Source: Endomicrobiales bacterium (lineage in GTDB: Bacteria; Elusimicrobiota; Endomicrobiia; Endomicrobiales; CAWCFT01). From it: a stretch of 64,000 nucleotides of DNA. The translations under genes were made by a program, and so were the position numbers. Position 1 is the first letter of the stretch. Every line of letters begins with the position of its first letter. This document shows positions 38,331-49,811 of this stretch, piece by piece. Location: assembly GCA_963794945.1 (NCBI GenBank), contig CAWCFT010000004.1, positions 352,001-416,000 on the forward strand. The letters run 5' to 3'. The notes beneath the pieces are model-generated. The model ran no database searches. It was not told where the DNA came from and saw only the letters and a list, made by a program, of their open reading frames with translations.

Positions 38331-40154
38331 TTAACGAACTTTATATAGACTGCTCGCGGGAAATGTGTTCACGAGCTCGAAATATTCGTTGAAATCTTTG
38401 CTGTTAAAACAAGTTAACCTGCATGCACCCGATTTGTTGAATATATAGACGCCATTTTCATCTTTATGGAAATCATCTTCGGTAAAAAGCATGTAATCGA
38501 TATTGTTGCGCTTCAGATAATCGCGGCAGGCCAAAGCGCTTGGCGAATCCCAGAACATCCATGTTCTTTGGGTAGATAACGCGTGGCTTTATGTAATATG
38601 TTTTCATAAGCATCGGCGCCACGGGCATTATACGTTTATTTTCAGGTATGCTGCTATTTATATAGCTTATCATATCATAATGCGGGACCCTTTTTGAGAG
38701 GTAATGCTCTGTGGTCTCCATCCCGATAATATATTTTACCCTGTTAAGCCCGTAGTAGACACTAAAAACAGTGTTAGGGCATATAAGAATCAGTGCAAGG
38801 ACTATAACTGTGAATTTCGGCAGGGCCTCATGCAAACTCACTATGGCGTAACCGGCGGCGACGGAGAACAACGCCGTGCTTAATATCATCATCCTGCCTA
38901 TCTCGATATTAAGCCTTAAAAAGATCAGCGCGTAGACGTTGATAAAGGCCAGCAGAACAAAAATAAGCACATTACTGTTCTTTTTAAAGAAAAATAAGAG
39001 CGGCAGGAAGCACATGAGCACCGGCCCCGTGCCAGCAAATCCGTTCTCAAGCGCGTTATCGAGCGGCCACCTGAGATAGTCCATATAGCGATTGCCCGAA
39101 GGCCTTGTGCTGTTTGCTATCGCGTTGAAAGGGATGTGGGCTGAGAGGTAAGCGGGATAAACAGGGTTGCCTGTATGGATATAGTTCTTTACAAATGTCG
39201 GGAGCATAAAAACCACAACTATCCCGGCGAATATCATTATCTCTACAGCTTTTTTCCCAAAACTGGTATCTTTCCTTAAATATTCGATGTAAAGAAGCGC
39301 GGCAAGGACGGCTGCAACTATGCCTATACCTGTGTATTTTATGCCTAACGTGAAAGCGGACATTACTGCGAGCGAAATGAACCATAGCCTTGCGTGGCCT
39401 GAATCTCTCCACCTAAACAGCGCGTACACCGCAAGCATGCCGAAAAATGAAACCGGGAAATCAATATTCGCCATCCCCGAAAGCAGTGAGGTCTGGACCG
39501 CCGTATAAAATACCAGCCCGGCAACAAGAGAATATTTTTTGCCAAGATAACGTGAAGCGGAAAGCATGACCGCCATTGCCGTAAATATTCCCATCGAAAG
39601 GTGGATAAGCTTTGGGAATATGTCGTTCCTCAGGAGCATACCCAGCACGTACATCATGTGAAAGAGGACCGGGTAACAGCTGCAGTAATTGTTGCTCAGG
39701 TCCACTATGCCGTGAAAGCGTATGTATTCTTTCGGAATCACTAGATTATAGATCATCTCTATATCCGCGCTGGGCGGGGCGTAAGCGTACAAAAGGTTGA
39801 AAAATATAAAGGCCGGAAATATCAACAGAAGATATTTTTGCGGCCCGGATTTCTGGAATATGCTGCCGTATACTGCCATAACCGCCGCGCCAGGTCAATT
39901 ACCTGCCTGCCAAAGACCAAAACCAAGCCAACAGATAAGGCTATTACAAAGCTCCTGTAATACAAACCCAATACGCCAAGAACCATTATTGCGAAACACG
40001 TGATCACCGTACCCCAGCCCAGAGAGAACAAAAGTTCTTCTATCGTGCCGAGATTTTCACCCGAAAATTTGAGCGTCGGATACCTGCCTATACTCGCGAT
40101 TACAAGCCAGAAAAGGATAGTTACCAATAGGTCAATAAAAAAATTTATTATCAT
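38331..40154 (-). CDS. GT-C (ArnT/PMT-like) membrane glycosyltransferase, two frameshifts; a 34-codon hydrophobic ORF at 40151-40255 may be its N-terminus
   Basis: Many TM helices; PP..D..YNL..PK.Y, YP, GIKYTG, KN..HTGNPVYP. Confidence 0.7.
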
Positions 40155-40274
40155 ATTCTCGATTTTAGGTATGATGTTATATTCGTAAGCAGGTTAGAGT
40201 AGAAGTATGCCAGTACAACAAGAACCCATAGGATGGAGACTATCTTGGTTTTCATATTCTTTTAAATTCATTCG

Positions 40275-41532
40275 TTATTTCAAAGTTGCCGCAATATCAA
40301 GCAGGATTTTATCCACTTTAGCCTGAACAAGCGCCCTGTCAAGGTTGCGTTTTGCGTCTAACATCGTGCTTATTGACTCCAAGGCCGCCAGATTGCTTAC
40401 AAGCCCGTAGCGGTAGTCTTGAAGCTGCATTTCACAGCTTTTTGCGGCCTTGTCATACGCGTCCTGATAAGCCACCGATTGTTTTATAGATGAAACAGCC
40501 TGCTGGTATAACTTGCGTATCTCGCTTATAGTTTTGGCGCGTTACAAGCGAAAGCCTGTGATCATATTCTTTCAACCGCGATGTTTCTTCAACGATTTTT
40601 CCCTGCAACGAGCCGCCCTGATATAGCGGGAAATTCAGCGTTAAAAAGTATTCCAGTCGCTTCCAGAAAACGCGCTATCCCTATGCGTGTACCAGTCAGC
40701 GAGAAGGTTAAGGGTAGGCAGACGGGCGCCTTTTGCTATATCCAGGCTGTATTTTTCCGAATCCACATCGTTTTCCGCCGCCTCTATATCCGACCTGTGT
40801 TTTTCCGGAATTTAAAAAACCTCTATCGGTTCTATTGAATTGACATCGGGCATTTCATCTTTAACTGAAATCAATGAGGTCTGAAGTCCCGGTTAAAAAA
40901 GCAAGGTCTTCAATAGCATTCGCGCGACGCCGTTATCGCTTTCTTCCTGGGCTAAGGCCGGCTATCTGGGACTGCACCATAAGTATCTCGCTGTCCCTGG
41001 ATTTCCCAGCCTGACTCTCTCCGTAAGTTCGGTTATCCTGTTTTCCAGGATTTTCTCGCTGCTCCTTAGATTTTCGATATCGGCGTTAACAAGGACAAGG
41101 GAATAAAATGCGGATGCCATCTGAGACTTCAAGTCACGCTCAACATTCTCATAAATATAACCCTCGGTTGTCACCTGATTTTTTGCCTGATTGTACGCTT
41201 TAAAATCTCTTAACCCGTAAAACAGAGGCTGGTTAACGCTGAAATATGAATCATTTAGATCTCCCGGATAGAGTCCGCCCGCTGTATCCATATCGGTCTT
41301 TACGAAGTTATACCCAACCGCAGGCATAATATTACCCCTGGTACTCTTTTACCTTCTGCTTAGCCTCGCTCTGGTGCTCGCTCTGGATCAACAGGTCATC
41401 ACTTTTTTTCCGGGCCAGCTCCGTACATTGCTGAAGGGTCAGGGGAGATGATGCTACCTCCGCTGAAGCAACGGCTGAAACACAAATTAAAACAATCGTT
41501 GCAAAACTGGCAAGCTTATTGAATAGCTTCAT
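40275..41532 (-). CDS. TolC-family outer membrane efflux protein, multiple frameshifts
   Basis: Fragments: signal peptide + LTLQQC; P.V...QPLFYG; Q.QDYRYGLVSNL..L. Confidence 0.75.
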
Positions 41533-41669
41533 AGATAGAAATCTCACCCTTTCCCGATAATTATAACAATAAACCACCCCGCAAATGCGTGATGGTTTTG
41601 TTCCTTTCGCTTGGGTCTATTATATCAATATTTTAATGCAAATTCAATCAATTCTAACCCACTTAATAT

Positions 41670-42248
41670 TTAATTTCCCTGGCTCGTTCCTGGAGGGTTT
41701 TGATTACCGCTTTGCATAGAATCGGGCGGGGTATTTGCCGCTTCCTTTTCTTTTTTTATTCTTTCCCTGATAACTATAAGTTTTGCCTGCTGCCCATCAT
41801 CAAGTAAATTAAAAGCCTTCTCATATGCTTCAAGAGATACCATCTGGACGTTGACGAAGGCTTCAGTCAGCTCCTTGATCTTTGCCCGCGCCCCGGCAAA
41901 ATCCGGCTTTACACCTTCAAGCATAGCCGCCAGCTCTTCCTGGCATTTATGCACCGGCTCGTAACGAAGAGATGTTTCCTTTATCTGGTCTGCGCGTATC
42001 TTTCTTATCTGTTCCGCCTGCTCATCTGTCAAACCGAGTTCTTTCGAAAAAGTCAGTATCTCGCGCAATCTGTCGGTATTAACTTCGGGGCGCTGTTGAG
42101 GCGGCTTGCTTTGTCCGCTGTCACCGCGCATGTGGCCGCCGTGGCCCATGCCGCCGCCGCCCATTGAACCCATGCCGCCCATATCGCAGTTCGCCCCGGC
42201 CGCCGCCAGCATTAAAATAAATATTGAAAACTGAAGGATCCTTTTCAT
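41670..42248 (-). CDS. Spy/CpxP-family periplasmic protein
   Basis: Signal peptide, G/M/H-rich linker, LGLTDEQ...LLDDGQ motifs. Confidence 0.75.
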   Translation of the reverse strand: MKRILQFSIFILMLAAAGANCDMGGMGSMGGGGMGHGGHMRGDSGQSKPPQQRPEVNTDRLREILTFSKELGLTDEQAEQIRKIRADQIKETSLRYEPVHKCQEELAAMLEGVKPDFAGARAKIKELTEAFVNVQMVSLEAYEKAFNLLDDGQQAKLIVIRERIKKEKEAANTPPDSMQSGNQNPPGTSQGN

Positions 42249-42259
42249 TTGCTTTCAGC

Positions 42260-42784
42260 TCAGGCCTTGGCCACCCACAATCCTGTACAGGCAAACGGAG
42301 GTTTGCCGTCGTTCATGAACCCTCTATCCTGCGGCGGGCCGTTCTTAAAGTTCTTATGAATGAATTCCTTGAATTTCTTCTGCTGTTCGGGTGTCATATC
42401 TTTTCTCATGTTTATCGAGCGGCTGATTATAGCCTTCTCGATCTTTGCCTGGCTTAGCGAAATATCGTTGATCAGTTCGTCGACCTTCTTTTCATCGACA
42501 GGGTCGGTGTCAACAAGGGTAAAGAGCTCCTCCCTTTTTTTCTGCAGTTCTTCCCTCAGCGGATCCATTGTTTTTTTCATTTCCTGGTGGTCTTTTTCCA
42601 TCTGCGCCACCTGCTGGTCAGTCAGGTCAAGCATTTTTTTAAGTTTGTTTTGGAAGAACATATGAGGGCCATGCCCTCTTTCAAAATATCTTTTCATGAT
42701 CCAGTGATGGCCGAAAGTGAGGACAACGGCGAGGTTGAAAGCGAGCGAAACCGCAAGCAGTATAAGCACTAATTTCTTGTTCAC
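42260..42784 (-). CDS. Periplasmic heavy-metal sensor (ZraP/Spy-like)
   Basis: VSLAFNL anchor; LDLTDQQ and MTPEQ motifs. Confidence 0.8.
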   Translation of the reverse strand: MNKKLVLILLAVSLAFNLAVVLTFGHHWIMKRYFERGHGPHMFFQNKLKKMLDLTDQQVAQMEKDHQEMKKTMDPLREELQKKREELFTLVDTDPVDEKKVDELINDISLSQAKIEKAIISRSINMRKDMTPEQQKKFKEFIHKNFKNGPPQDRGFMNDGKPPFACTGLWVAKA

Positions 42785-42789
42785 CTAAG

Positions 42790-43275
42790 TTAGCCTCCGA
42801 TAATCTTACTATATACTTTTTGAGCCTGTTCGCCCGGGATGTCGTTCAGATACGCAAGCGCCAGAGTGTCGTTTTCTTCGGCCGTTACTGAGGCGGCCTG
42901 CTGTGAGTATTTTGACCAGATATTGTGCGCCAGATAGTTCCCGGCAACCGAAGTAATAAGCACAATGGAAGCAAGTGCCGCCACGTTTACCCACTTTGGC
43001 AGTATAGATGATATAACGGCTCCGAAATCAAATGAGTTCTCTTCCCGCACTGCGCGTTCTATCCCGCTCCTAACTTTGAACCACAGTGCTTCCGGCGGAA
43101 CGGCAGGCACGGTATTCCTTAAAGGCTCTACTGCAGCAAACATCAGGGCTTCCCTGAAAGCGTGACAGCCGGCGCAGATGCTCAAGTGCAGTTCCATTTC
43201 CCCCAGGACCTTCGCGTCTGTTTCTTTGTCGATGTAATCCGTAATAATGATGTCCCGAATTTTATCGCAATTCAT
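42790..43275 (-). CDS. zf-HC2 anti-sigma factor
   Basis: MNC...HLSICAGC; single TM; follows ECF sigma. Confidence 0.85.
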   Translation of the reverse strand: MNCDKIRDIIITDYIDKETDAKVLGEMELHLSICAGCHAFREALMFAAVEPLRNTVPAVPPEALWFKVRSGIERAVREENSFDFGAVISSILPKWVNVAALASIVLITSVAGNYLAHNIWSKYSQQAASVTAEENDTLALAYLNDIPGEQAQKVYSKIIGG

Positions 43276-43828
43276 TTGCCGTCACTCCTTTCATAAGTAT
43301 TTCTCTCGCCCGTTTTAGCCTTGTCCGCACAGTGTTTATATTTATATTGAGAGCCTTGGCTACCTCTTCGTAGCTTAACCCCTGCATCTCCCTAAGAACT
43401 ATACAGGCCCTGTAATCAGCGCTAAGCTTTGCCAGCAGGTTATCAACTATCTCCTTGCTGCTTCTTATATCCGTGCTTCTTTCAACCGAGTTGTCATGTT
43501 CCGAGCCTGCGTCAGCGATGTTCTCGTCATATTCTACCATCTTGCCCGAACGGTTCTGGGCTCTTTTTCTCACGTTAAGGGAAGCGTTAACCGTGATCCT
43601 GTAAACCCATGTCTTAAAAGACGACCGGAATTTAAAGCTTTTTAAGCCTTCGAATATCTTCAGGAACACTTCCTGGGTGGCCTCTTCGGCGTCTTCCCTG
43701 TGGCCAGTCACCCTTAGCGCGACATTATAGACAAAACCTGAAGCGGCTTTGTATATAACTTCAAATTCCTTTATATCGCCTTTTGAAGCCTTTTTCAGAA
43801 GTTCGTGGGATAGATCACTGATCTCCAT
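43262..43828 (-). CDS. ECF RNA polymerase sigma factor
   Basis: DAEEATQEVF, FKTWVYRITVN, LSYEEVA..GTV-like TVRTRLKRAR. Confidence 0.93.
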   Translation of the reverse strand: MEISDLSHELLKKASKGDIKEFEVIYKAASGFVYNVALRVTGHREDAEEATQEVFLKIFEGLKSFKFRSSFKTWVYRITVNASLNVRKRAQNRSGKMVEYDENIADAGSEHDNSVERSTDIRSSKEIVDNLLAKLSADYRACIVLREMQGLSYEEVAKALNININTVRTRLKRAREILMKGVTANELR

Positions 43829-43845
43829 TATACCTCTTGCATGAT

Positions 43846-43874
43846 TTAGACAGTTCCGTCTCTTGGAAAGTTTC
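43846..43874 (-). promoter_or_regulatory. Autoregulatory ECF-type promoter
   Basis: GAAACTT-16 nt-GTCTAA just upstream of the ECF gene, matching sigmaE-type GGAACTT-N16-GTCnAA. Confidence 0.7.
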
Positions 43875-43887
43875 AGTAATAATTAAC

Positions 43888-44688
43888 TTAGTAAGACTGC
43901 TCTTTGGAAGGGAATTCGCCTGACCTTACTTCTTCGCTGTATTGTTTCACCGCGGTCATGATATCTTTTTTTAGGTTCGCGTAGTGTTTTACGAATCTCG
44001 GGGATATCTCTGAGTAGAGGCCGAGTATATCGTCCGTAACAAGTACCTGACCGTCGCAGAAAGGCCCCGCGCCGATGCCTATGGTTGGTATAGAAACGGC
44101 TTTCGTGATCTTCTTGGCCAGCTCGGCCGGTATGCATTCAAGTACTATCATGAAAACACCTGATTTTTCAAGTGCTTTCGCGTCTTCTATCATCTGTATG
44201 GAAGCTTCTTCAGTTTTCCCCTGGACTTTCCAGCCGCCAAACTTGTTTACGCCCTGCGGCGTAAGGCCAAGGTGGCCTATGACCGGGATCTTTGCGCTGA
44301 GTATGGCCTCGATGCTCTTTAGCATCTCACGGCCACCCTCAATTTTGACGGCTTCCGCGCCGCCCTCTTTCAATAGAAGCCCCGCATTGCGCACCGCGTC
44401 TGAAGGGCTCGTTTCATATGATAAGAAAGGCATGTCCGCGGCAAGGAAAGCGTTAGAGTTACCTCTTTTGACCGCCCTGCAGTGGTAAAGTATGTCTTCC
44501 ATAGTCACGGGAAGAGTGGACTCGTAGCCAAGCTTGACCATGCCCATAGAATCGCCCACGAGCACGACGTCAACGCCTGCCTCGTTAAGTATTTTTGACA
44601 TGGAATAATCGTAGCAGGTAAGCATTACTATCTTCTCGCCGGTGCTTTTCATCTCGATAAGTTTCAGTGTTGTCACTTTGTCTTTCAT
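43888..44688 (-). CDS. panB: 3-methyl-2-oxobutanoate hydroxymethyltransferase
   Basis: LVGDS, ADMPF, VKIEGG, GHLGLTPQ, IGIGAG..CDGQVLV. Confidence 0.96.
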   Translation of the reverse strand: MKDKVTTLKLIEMKSTGEKIVMLTCYDYSMSKILNEAGVDVVLVGDSMGMVKLGYESTLPVTMEDILYHCRAVKRGNSNAFLAADMPFLSYETSPSDAVRNAGLLLKEGGAEAVKIEGGREMLKSIEAILSAKIPVIGHLGLTPQGVNKFGGWKVQGKTEEASIQMIEDAKALEKSGVFMIVLECIPAELAKKITKAVSIPTIGIGAGPFCDGQVLVTDDILGLYSEISPRFVKHYANLKKDIMTAVKQYSEEVRSGEFPSKEQSY

Positions 44689-44701
44689 AATTTCGTTTGG
44701 T

Positions 44702-45226
44702 TTAGCTCTTTTGGCTTTCGTTTGTTCTAGTTTTATAAATTTTAACCTTTTGTTCCGGATAAGTCAATAAAGCCTCATTCCTGAGGCGGCTGACAGTTTT
44801 TCTTAAAACCGGATGGACCATACCCGGAGCTATATCGCAGAGAGGCTTTAGCACAAAAAGCCTTTTTATGATCTCCGGATGTGGGATTTTCAATCCCACT
44901 TTTTTCACCACCCTGCTTCCGTAGACAAGGATGTCTATGTCTATTTCTCTGGGGCCCCACTTGAGCTTCCGTATTTTGCGCCCCAGATTTTTTTCTGTCC
45001 CCTTGGAAAACTTGAGCAATTCTTCAGGGCTTAGATCTGTTCTCGAGGACAAAACCGCGTTAACAAAATCCTTTTGCTTTGGCCCCACTGGGGAGCTCTC
45101 ATAAAAGCGTGAAACCCTCACGCTTTTAAAGTGAGGGTTGCTTTTTACAGCTTCCACCGCGGCCTTAATATTGCGGGCCCTGTCGCCTATGTTTGAGCCC
45201 AAGCCTAGAAATATTTTAACATTCAT
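44702..45226 (-). CDS. folK: HPPK pyrophosphokinase
   Basis: LGLGSNIG, FVNAV, WGPREIDIDIL, IPHP. Confidence 0.95.
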   Translation of the reverse strand: MNVKIFLGLGSNIGDRARNIKAAVEAVKSNPHFKSVRVSRFYESSPVGPKQKDFVNAVLSSRTDLSPEELLKFSKGTEKNLGRKIRKLKWGPREIDIDILVYGSRVVKKVGLKIPHPEIIKRLFVLKPLCDIAPGMVHPVLRKTVSRLRNEALLTYPEQKVKIYKTRTNESQKS

Positions 45227-45305
45227 TTAAGATTAAAGATTGCAAGATTTGAAGATTATAGAATTCAATTTTTCTAATTTTTAATCTTCAATTTGTAATT
45301 GGCTT

Positions 45306-46469
45306 CTACCACTTGATCTTCGCTATCCGTTCAAGCGCCTGGTTTATGCGCGGCACAGGCACCGTGAGCGCGAAGCGCACGTAACCCTCGCCCGACACCC
45401 CGAGCCCGTTGCCAGGCGTACAGACAATGCCCGCCTCATCCAATAACTTAGAGACCGTGTCTTGCGACGAATAACCCTTGGGAGTATGCGCCCAAACGTA
45501 GAATGTCGCTTCCGGCTTTCTCACGTTCCAGCCAAGCTTTACAAGGCCGTTTACCAGAGCGTCACGCCTGTCGCGGTACATTTTCCTCATCTCTTCGACA
45601 CAGTCCTGCGGACCTTCAAGCGCGGCAACGGCCGCATCCTGTATGGCGCCGAAGACGCCTGAATCATAGTTATCTTTGACCATCGAAAGGCCTTTTACTA
45701 TTTCGCTGTTGCCGCACACCCATGCAACACGCCAGCCGGTCATGTTGTAGGTCTTGGAGAGCGAATGGAATTCCACACCGACTTCTTTTGCCCCGGGGAC
45801 TTCCAGGAAGCTCATGGGTTTGTTCTCGTAATACATCTCGGAGTACGCTGCGTCATGAGCGACTATTATGTTGTGCTTCTTTGCGAAAACGACCACCTTC
45901 TCGTAGAACGTGCGGTCCGCTACCGCGGCCGTGGGATTGTTAGGGTAATTGATGAACAGTATCCTGGCCTTCTTTAATACCTCTTCTGGAATTATTGAAA
46001 TGTCCGGCAGGAACCCGTTCTTTTCAAGGAGCGGCATGAAATACGACCTGCCTCCAGAAAATATCGTGCCGGTGTTGTATACGGGGTAGCCGGGCTCCGG
46101 TACAAGGACAATGTCGCCCGGGTCTATGAATCCCAGATGGAAATGGCCTATGCCTTCCTTAGAGCCAAGGAGCGAACACACCTCGGTCTCGGCGTCAAGT
46201 TCAACGTTGAACCTCGACTTGTACCACTTTGCCACGGCCTGCCTGAATGCCTTTGTGCCGGACCCAAAAGGGTACTGGTGGTTAGCGGGCTTCGCCAGCG
46301 CTTCCTGGCCCGCATTAATAATGTGCGCGGGAGTCGGCTGGTCGGGGTCGCCCACGCCAAGCGATATTATATCAACTCCGCGCTCGATTGCGGCCTTCTT
46401 CTTCTTGTCTATCTCAACGAACAGGTAAGGCGGCAGCTTCTTTAGCTTCTCGCTGTAATCAAAATTCAT
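45306..46469 (-). CDS. dapL: LL-diaminopimelate aminotransferase
   Basis: LPPYLF, LGVGDPD, GSKEG, NYPNNPT, SLSKTYNMTGWR; dap operon context. Confidence 0.88.
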   Translation of the reverse strand: MNFDYSEKLKKLPPYLFVEIDKKKKAAIERGVDIISLGVGDPDQPTPAHIINAGQEALAKPANHQYPFGSGTKAFRQAVAKWYKSRFNVELDAETEVCSLLGSKEGIGHFHLGFIDPGDIVLVPEPGYPVYNTGTIFSGGRSYFMPLLEKNGFLPDISIIPEEVLKKARILFINYPNNPTAAVADRTFYEKVVVFAKKHNIIVAHDAAYSEMYYENKPMSFLEVPGAKEVGVEFHSLSKTYNMTGWRVAWVCGNSEIVKGLSMVKDNYDSGVFGAIQDAAVAALEGPQDCVEEMRKMYRDRRDALVNGLVKLGWNVRKPEATFYVWAHTPKGYSSQDTVSKLLDEAGIVCTPGNGLGVSGEGYVRFALTVPVPRINQALERIAKIKW

Positions 46470-46544
46470 ATTAACTCCAAACAAGTGGTAAGCGATAAGT
46501 TGTAAGTGAAATCAAGTCAAAGCATGGCAAGACTTGCTTTACAC

Positions 46545-46907
46545 TTACCCCTTAGCCCTTACCCCTTTATTATAAACTTTCCATCCGGCTATAATCGCGG
46601 CTATGAGCAGTATCAACGCCGTTACGTTAGTTATCCAGCCTTCAAATACGCCCATCGCAAAAGGGTATCCGATATATCCGAAATCGTGCGCGGTCTTTTT
46701 TGTGAATATCAGCTGAAGCGCGGGCACGATCTTTGCCTGAATACCGCCTCCGAACACAAGCAGCGCCCAGAGAAGCCAGAACAATACCGTGTTGGCGAAC
46801 AGCACGAACAATATCATCGCGCCGATGTGCACCGGGTCGTAGCGCGGCTCGTCCCGGTCTTCGACATCGGAAAAAAAATCCTTGATCAATTGAAATAAAT
46901 TTTTCAT
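46545..46907 (-). CDS. Small membrane protein
   Basis: YDPVHIGA motif, 2-3 TM helices, inside dap operon. Confidence 0.7.
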   Translation of the reverse strand: MKNLFQLIKDFFSDVEDRDEPRYDPVHIGAMILFVLFANTVLFWLLWALLVFGGGIQAKIVPALQLIFTKKTAHDFGYIGYPFAMGVFEGWITNVTALILLIAAIIAGWKVYNKGVRAKG

Positions 46908-46980
46908 GGTTAATGAATAGTTGTAAGCAAAGGACTGTCGACCACACTTATCACTTAGCCCTTATCCCTTATCACTGTTT

Positions 46981-47733
46981 CTAAACGACTTTATTTAAAA
47001 GAACACCTATCTTTTGTATCCTTACTTCCACTTTATCACCCGAGTTCAAAGGCCCCACGCCTGGCGGTGTGCCGGTAGCAATAATGTCCCCGGGCATCAG
47101 TGTCATCATCCTTGAAACATATGAAACTATCTCGTCAACTTTAAATATGAGGTCCGAGGTGCTTGATCTCTGTTTGACCTTTCCGTTAACGAGCGTCTCC
47201 AGCTTAAGATTGTCGGCGTCTATTCCGTCTACGATCCACGGGCCTATAGGCGCGAACGTATCGAACGATTTCGAGCGAGCCCACTGGCCGTCTAAGTCCT
47301 GCAAGTCGCGGGCCGTGACATCATTAAAACATGTGTATCCGAGAACATATTCTTTTGCTTTGGACGGTATGACGTCTTTTGCCTTTTTCTTTATGACTAT
47401 CGCGAGCTCGCCTTCATAATCAACCCTCTTCGATACAGCCGGACGGACTATCGCGTCACCTGTCCCCACTAACGCGCTCGGAGCCTTCAAGAAAAAAAGA
47501 GGGCGCATAGGGATCGGCATTTTCAACTCCCTCGCGTGCTCTATGTAGTTGAGCCCCATGGCTATTATCTTTGACGGGTGGCATGGAGCGAGGAGCCTTA
47601 CTTTTGAAAGAGGGAACTTTTTACCGGTTTTTTTGAAGTTTCCGAAATAGTTCGAGGTTATCTCTGCGGCCGTTTTTCCTTCCAGTATACCGTAATGTAC
47701 CCGGCCTGCGGCCTCGAAACGAAGATATCTCAT
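46981..47733 (-). CDS. Fumarylacetoacetate hydrolase family protein
   Basis: GLNY..HA, DYEGEL, NDVTARD, KSFDTF, TGTP. Confidence 0.92.
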   Translation of the reverse strand: MRYLRFEAAGRVHYGILEGKTAAEITSNYFGNFKKTGKKFPLSKVRLLAPCHPSKIIAMGLNYIEHARELKMPIPMRPLFFLKAPSALVGTGDAIVRPAVSKRVDYEGELAIVIKKKAKDVIPSKAKEYVLGYTCFNDVTARDLQDLDGQWARSKSFDTFAPIGPWIVDGIDADNLKLETLVNGKVKQRSSTSDLIFKVDEIVSYVSRMMTLMPGDIIATGTPPGVGPLNSGDKVEVRIQKIGVLLNKVV

Positions 47734-47902
47734 TTTTCCTCTTATATTAGTTTGGGACGAAAGAAGGCTTTTTCTCCCCGCAGAGAATAGACTCAGTCTT
47801 TCGTCCCGTAAAACAAAGTTAAAAGGGTTGAAAAGTTCAATGTTCAAAGCTTTACGGCTCTATCAATAAAACTTCAAAAACCTTTGAACACTTGAGCCTA
47901 TT

Positions 47903-48673
47903 CTATTTAAAACCCAGCACATCCTGCATATCGTAAAGCCCGGGATTTTTGCCATAGATCCATTTAGCCGCCCGGAGCGCTCCTGTGGCAAATGTGTCGC
48001 GCGTGTATGCGCGATGCGTAAGTTCCACCCGTTCGCCGGGGCCGGCGAGATAGACAGTGTGCTCGCCTACGATATCTCCGGCGCGGACCGACATGACGCC
48101 TATCTCATCCGAGGTGCGAGCGCCGACAATGCCCTGCCTGCCGTAAATGCCGGCCTTCTTAGGGTCTTTGCCAAGCGCACGTGAGATTATTTCAAGGAGC
48201 TTCGCCGCTGTTCCGGACGGAGCGTCTTTTTTCTTGTTGTGGTGCAGCTCGACTATCTCGATATCGTAGCCGGGAAGTATCTTTGCTGCCTCTTCGGATA
48301 GCTTGAAGAGCAGGTTCACTCCTACCGACATGTTAGGCGTGCAAACCACGGGTATCTTTTTTGAAGCGGCCCTTATCTCGCTCATCTCCGTTTCCGAAAA
48401 ACCCGTAGTACCTATCACGATTGCCTTAGAGTTCTTTATCGCTTCGACTAGATGCTCTATAGAAGCCTTGGGTGTTGTAAAATCTATTAGGACATCGCAC
48501 AGGGAAATTACCCTTGATATATCATCCGATATTGAAGGTGATCCGCTGCCGAGAGCCGGGTTGCCTGCGGTCTCCAGGGCTCCAGTGACTTCTATATCCT
48601 TATCGAGTTTCGCAAGCCCGATGATGCTTGTCCCCATCCTTCCTGCTGCTCCGCAAACTGATATTTTGATCAT
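47903..48673 (-). CDS. dapB: 4-hydroxy-tetrahydrodipicolinate reductase
   Basis: GAAGRMG, IDFT, GTTG, ELHHNKKKDAPSGTA. Confidence 0.96.
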   Translation of the reverse strand: MIKISVCGAAGRMGTSIIGLAKLDKDIEVTGALETAGNPALGSGSPSISDDISRVISLCDVLIDFTTPKASIEHLVEAIKNSKAIVIGTTGFSETEMSEIRAASKKIPVVCTPNMSVGVNLLFKLSEEAAKILPGYDIEIVELHHNKKKDAPSGTAAKLLEIISRALGKDPKKAGIYGRQGIVGARTSDEIGVMSVRAGDIVGEHTVYLAGPGERVELTHRAYTRDTFATGALRAAKWIYGKNPGLYDMQDVLGFK

Positions 48674-48776
48674 ATTTCACCTCAGTGTTAAGTGGTAAGG
48701 ATTAAGTGGTAAGTGAAAAACCAAATCAAAAGCCTATCCAGCCTGACTTAGCCCTTACCCCTTATCCCTGGTTTTG

Positions 48777-49659
48777 TTATTTTAAAAGTCCGTAATCCTT
48801 AAGCGCTTTCTCAAGCTTCTTCCTGTTAGGCTCTTCCATCTCGCAGAGAGGCAGCCTCAAGGTCCCTTCGCAAAGCCCCATTATGCCCATCGCTGTTTTG
48901 ACAGGTATTGGGTTTGTTTCGAGGAACATCGCCTTTACCAGCGGCATCAGCTTATTGTTGATCTCTTTTGCACTCTTTACGTCACCGCAAAGGTAAGCCT
49001 TGACCATGTCCGCGACGTCCTTAGGCACTATGTTCGCGACAACCGACACGACACCCGTGCCGCCGATCTCAAGCAGCGGCAAGGTAAGCGCATCGTCACC
49101 CGACAAAATGTCCATGTTCTGGTATGGCCTTGTGCACTGCAGCCATCTGTTCCAGCGATCCGGACGCCTCTTTTACAGCAACGACGTTCCCGCACTCTTT
49201 CGCTATCTTCGCAAGCGTCGGAGTTTCTATATTGACCGCCGTGCGGCTCGCTATGTTATATATCATGACAGGGATCTTGACGCAATTCGCCACTTCTTTA
49301 AAATGCAGAAAGAGCCCCTTCTGTGTGGGCTTGTTGTAATAGGGCGAAACAATAAGCACGCCGTCGCAGCCGGCCTTCTCGGCGAACCTGGTCATCTCGA
49401 TTGCTTCGTCAGTGCAGTTCGAGCCCGTGCCCGCGAGAACCTTGACCCGCTTTTTCGCGGCCTTGACCGTGACCTCTATAACGTGCTGGTGCTCTTCATT
49501 CGAGAGCGTGGGCGACTCACCAGTGGTTCCGCAGGGTATTATGCCCGAGGTGCCGCCCTCTATCTGGAACTCAACGAGTTCTTTTATCTTGTTGTCGTCA
49601 ACTTTGTTTTTTTTGTCGAATGGCGTAACAAGCGCCACATATGAACCTGAGAACCGCAT
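48777..49659 (-). CDS. dapA: 4-hydroxy-tetrahydrodipicolinate synthase (frameshift near 49120)
   Basis: ALVTPF, GTTGES, PYYNKP, KEASG, then LSGDD, ETNPIPVK in the next frame. Confidence 0.93.
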
Positions 49660-49811
49660 AAAACCCTCCAAAGCCTAATTTAAAATATCAAAATCAAATA
49701 TCAAATTTATGGTATCCGCCAAAGCGGATAGTCTTGATAAATCCCGCTTGCAATGTGAGATACATAAATTTTGATTTTTAATGCTTGATTATTGATTTCC
49801 CTATATTCCAG

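Noticed and set aside
48777..49659. dapA pseudogene or programmed frameshift
   Set aside because: Both halves are intact within a complete pathway; the many similar indels point to sequencing error.
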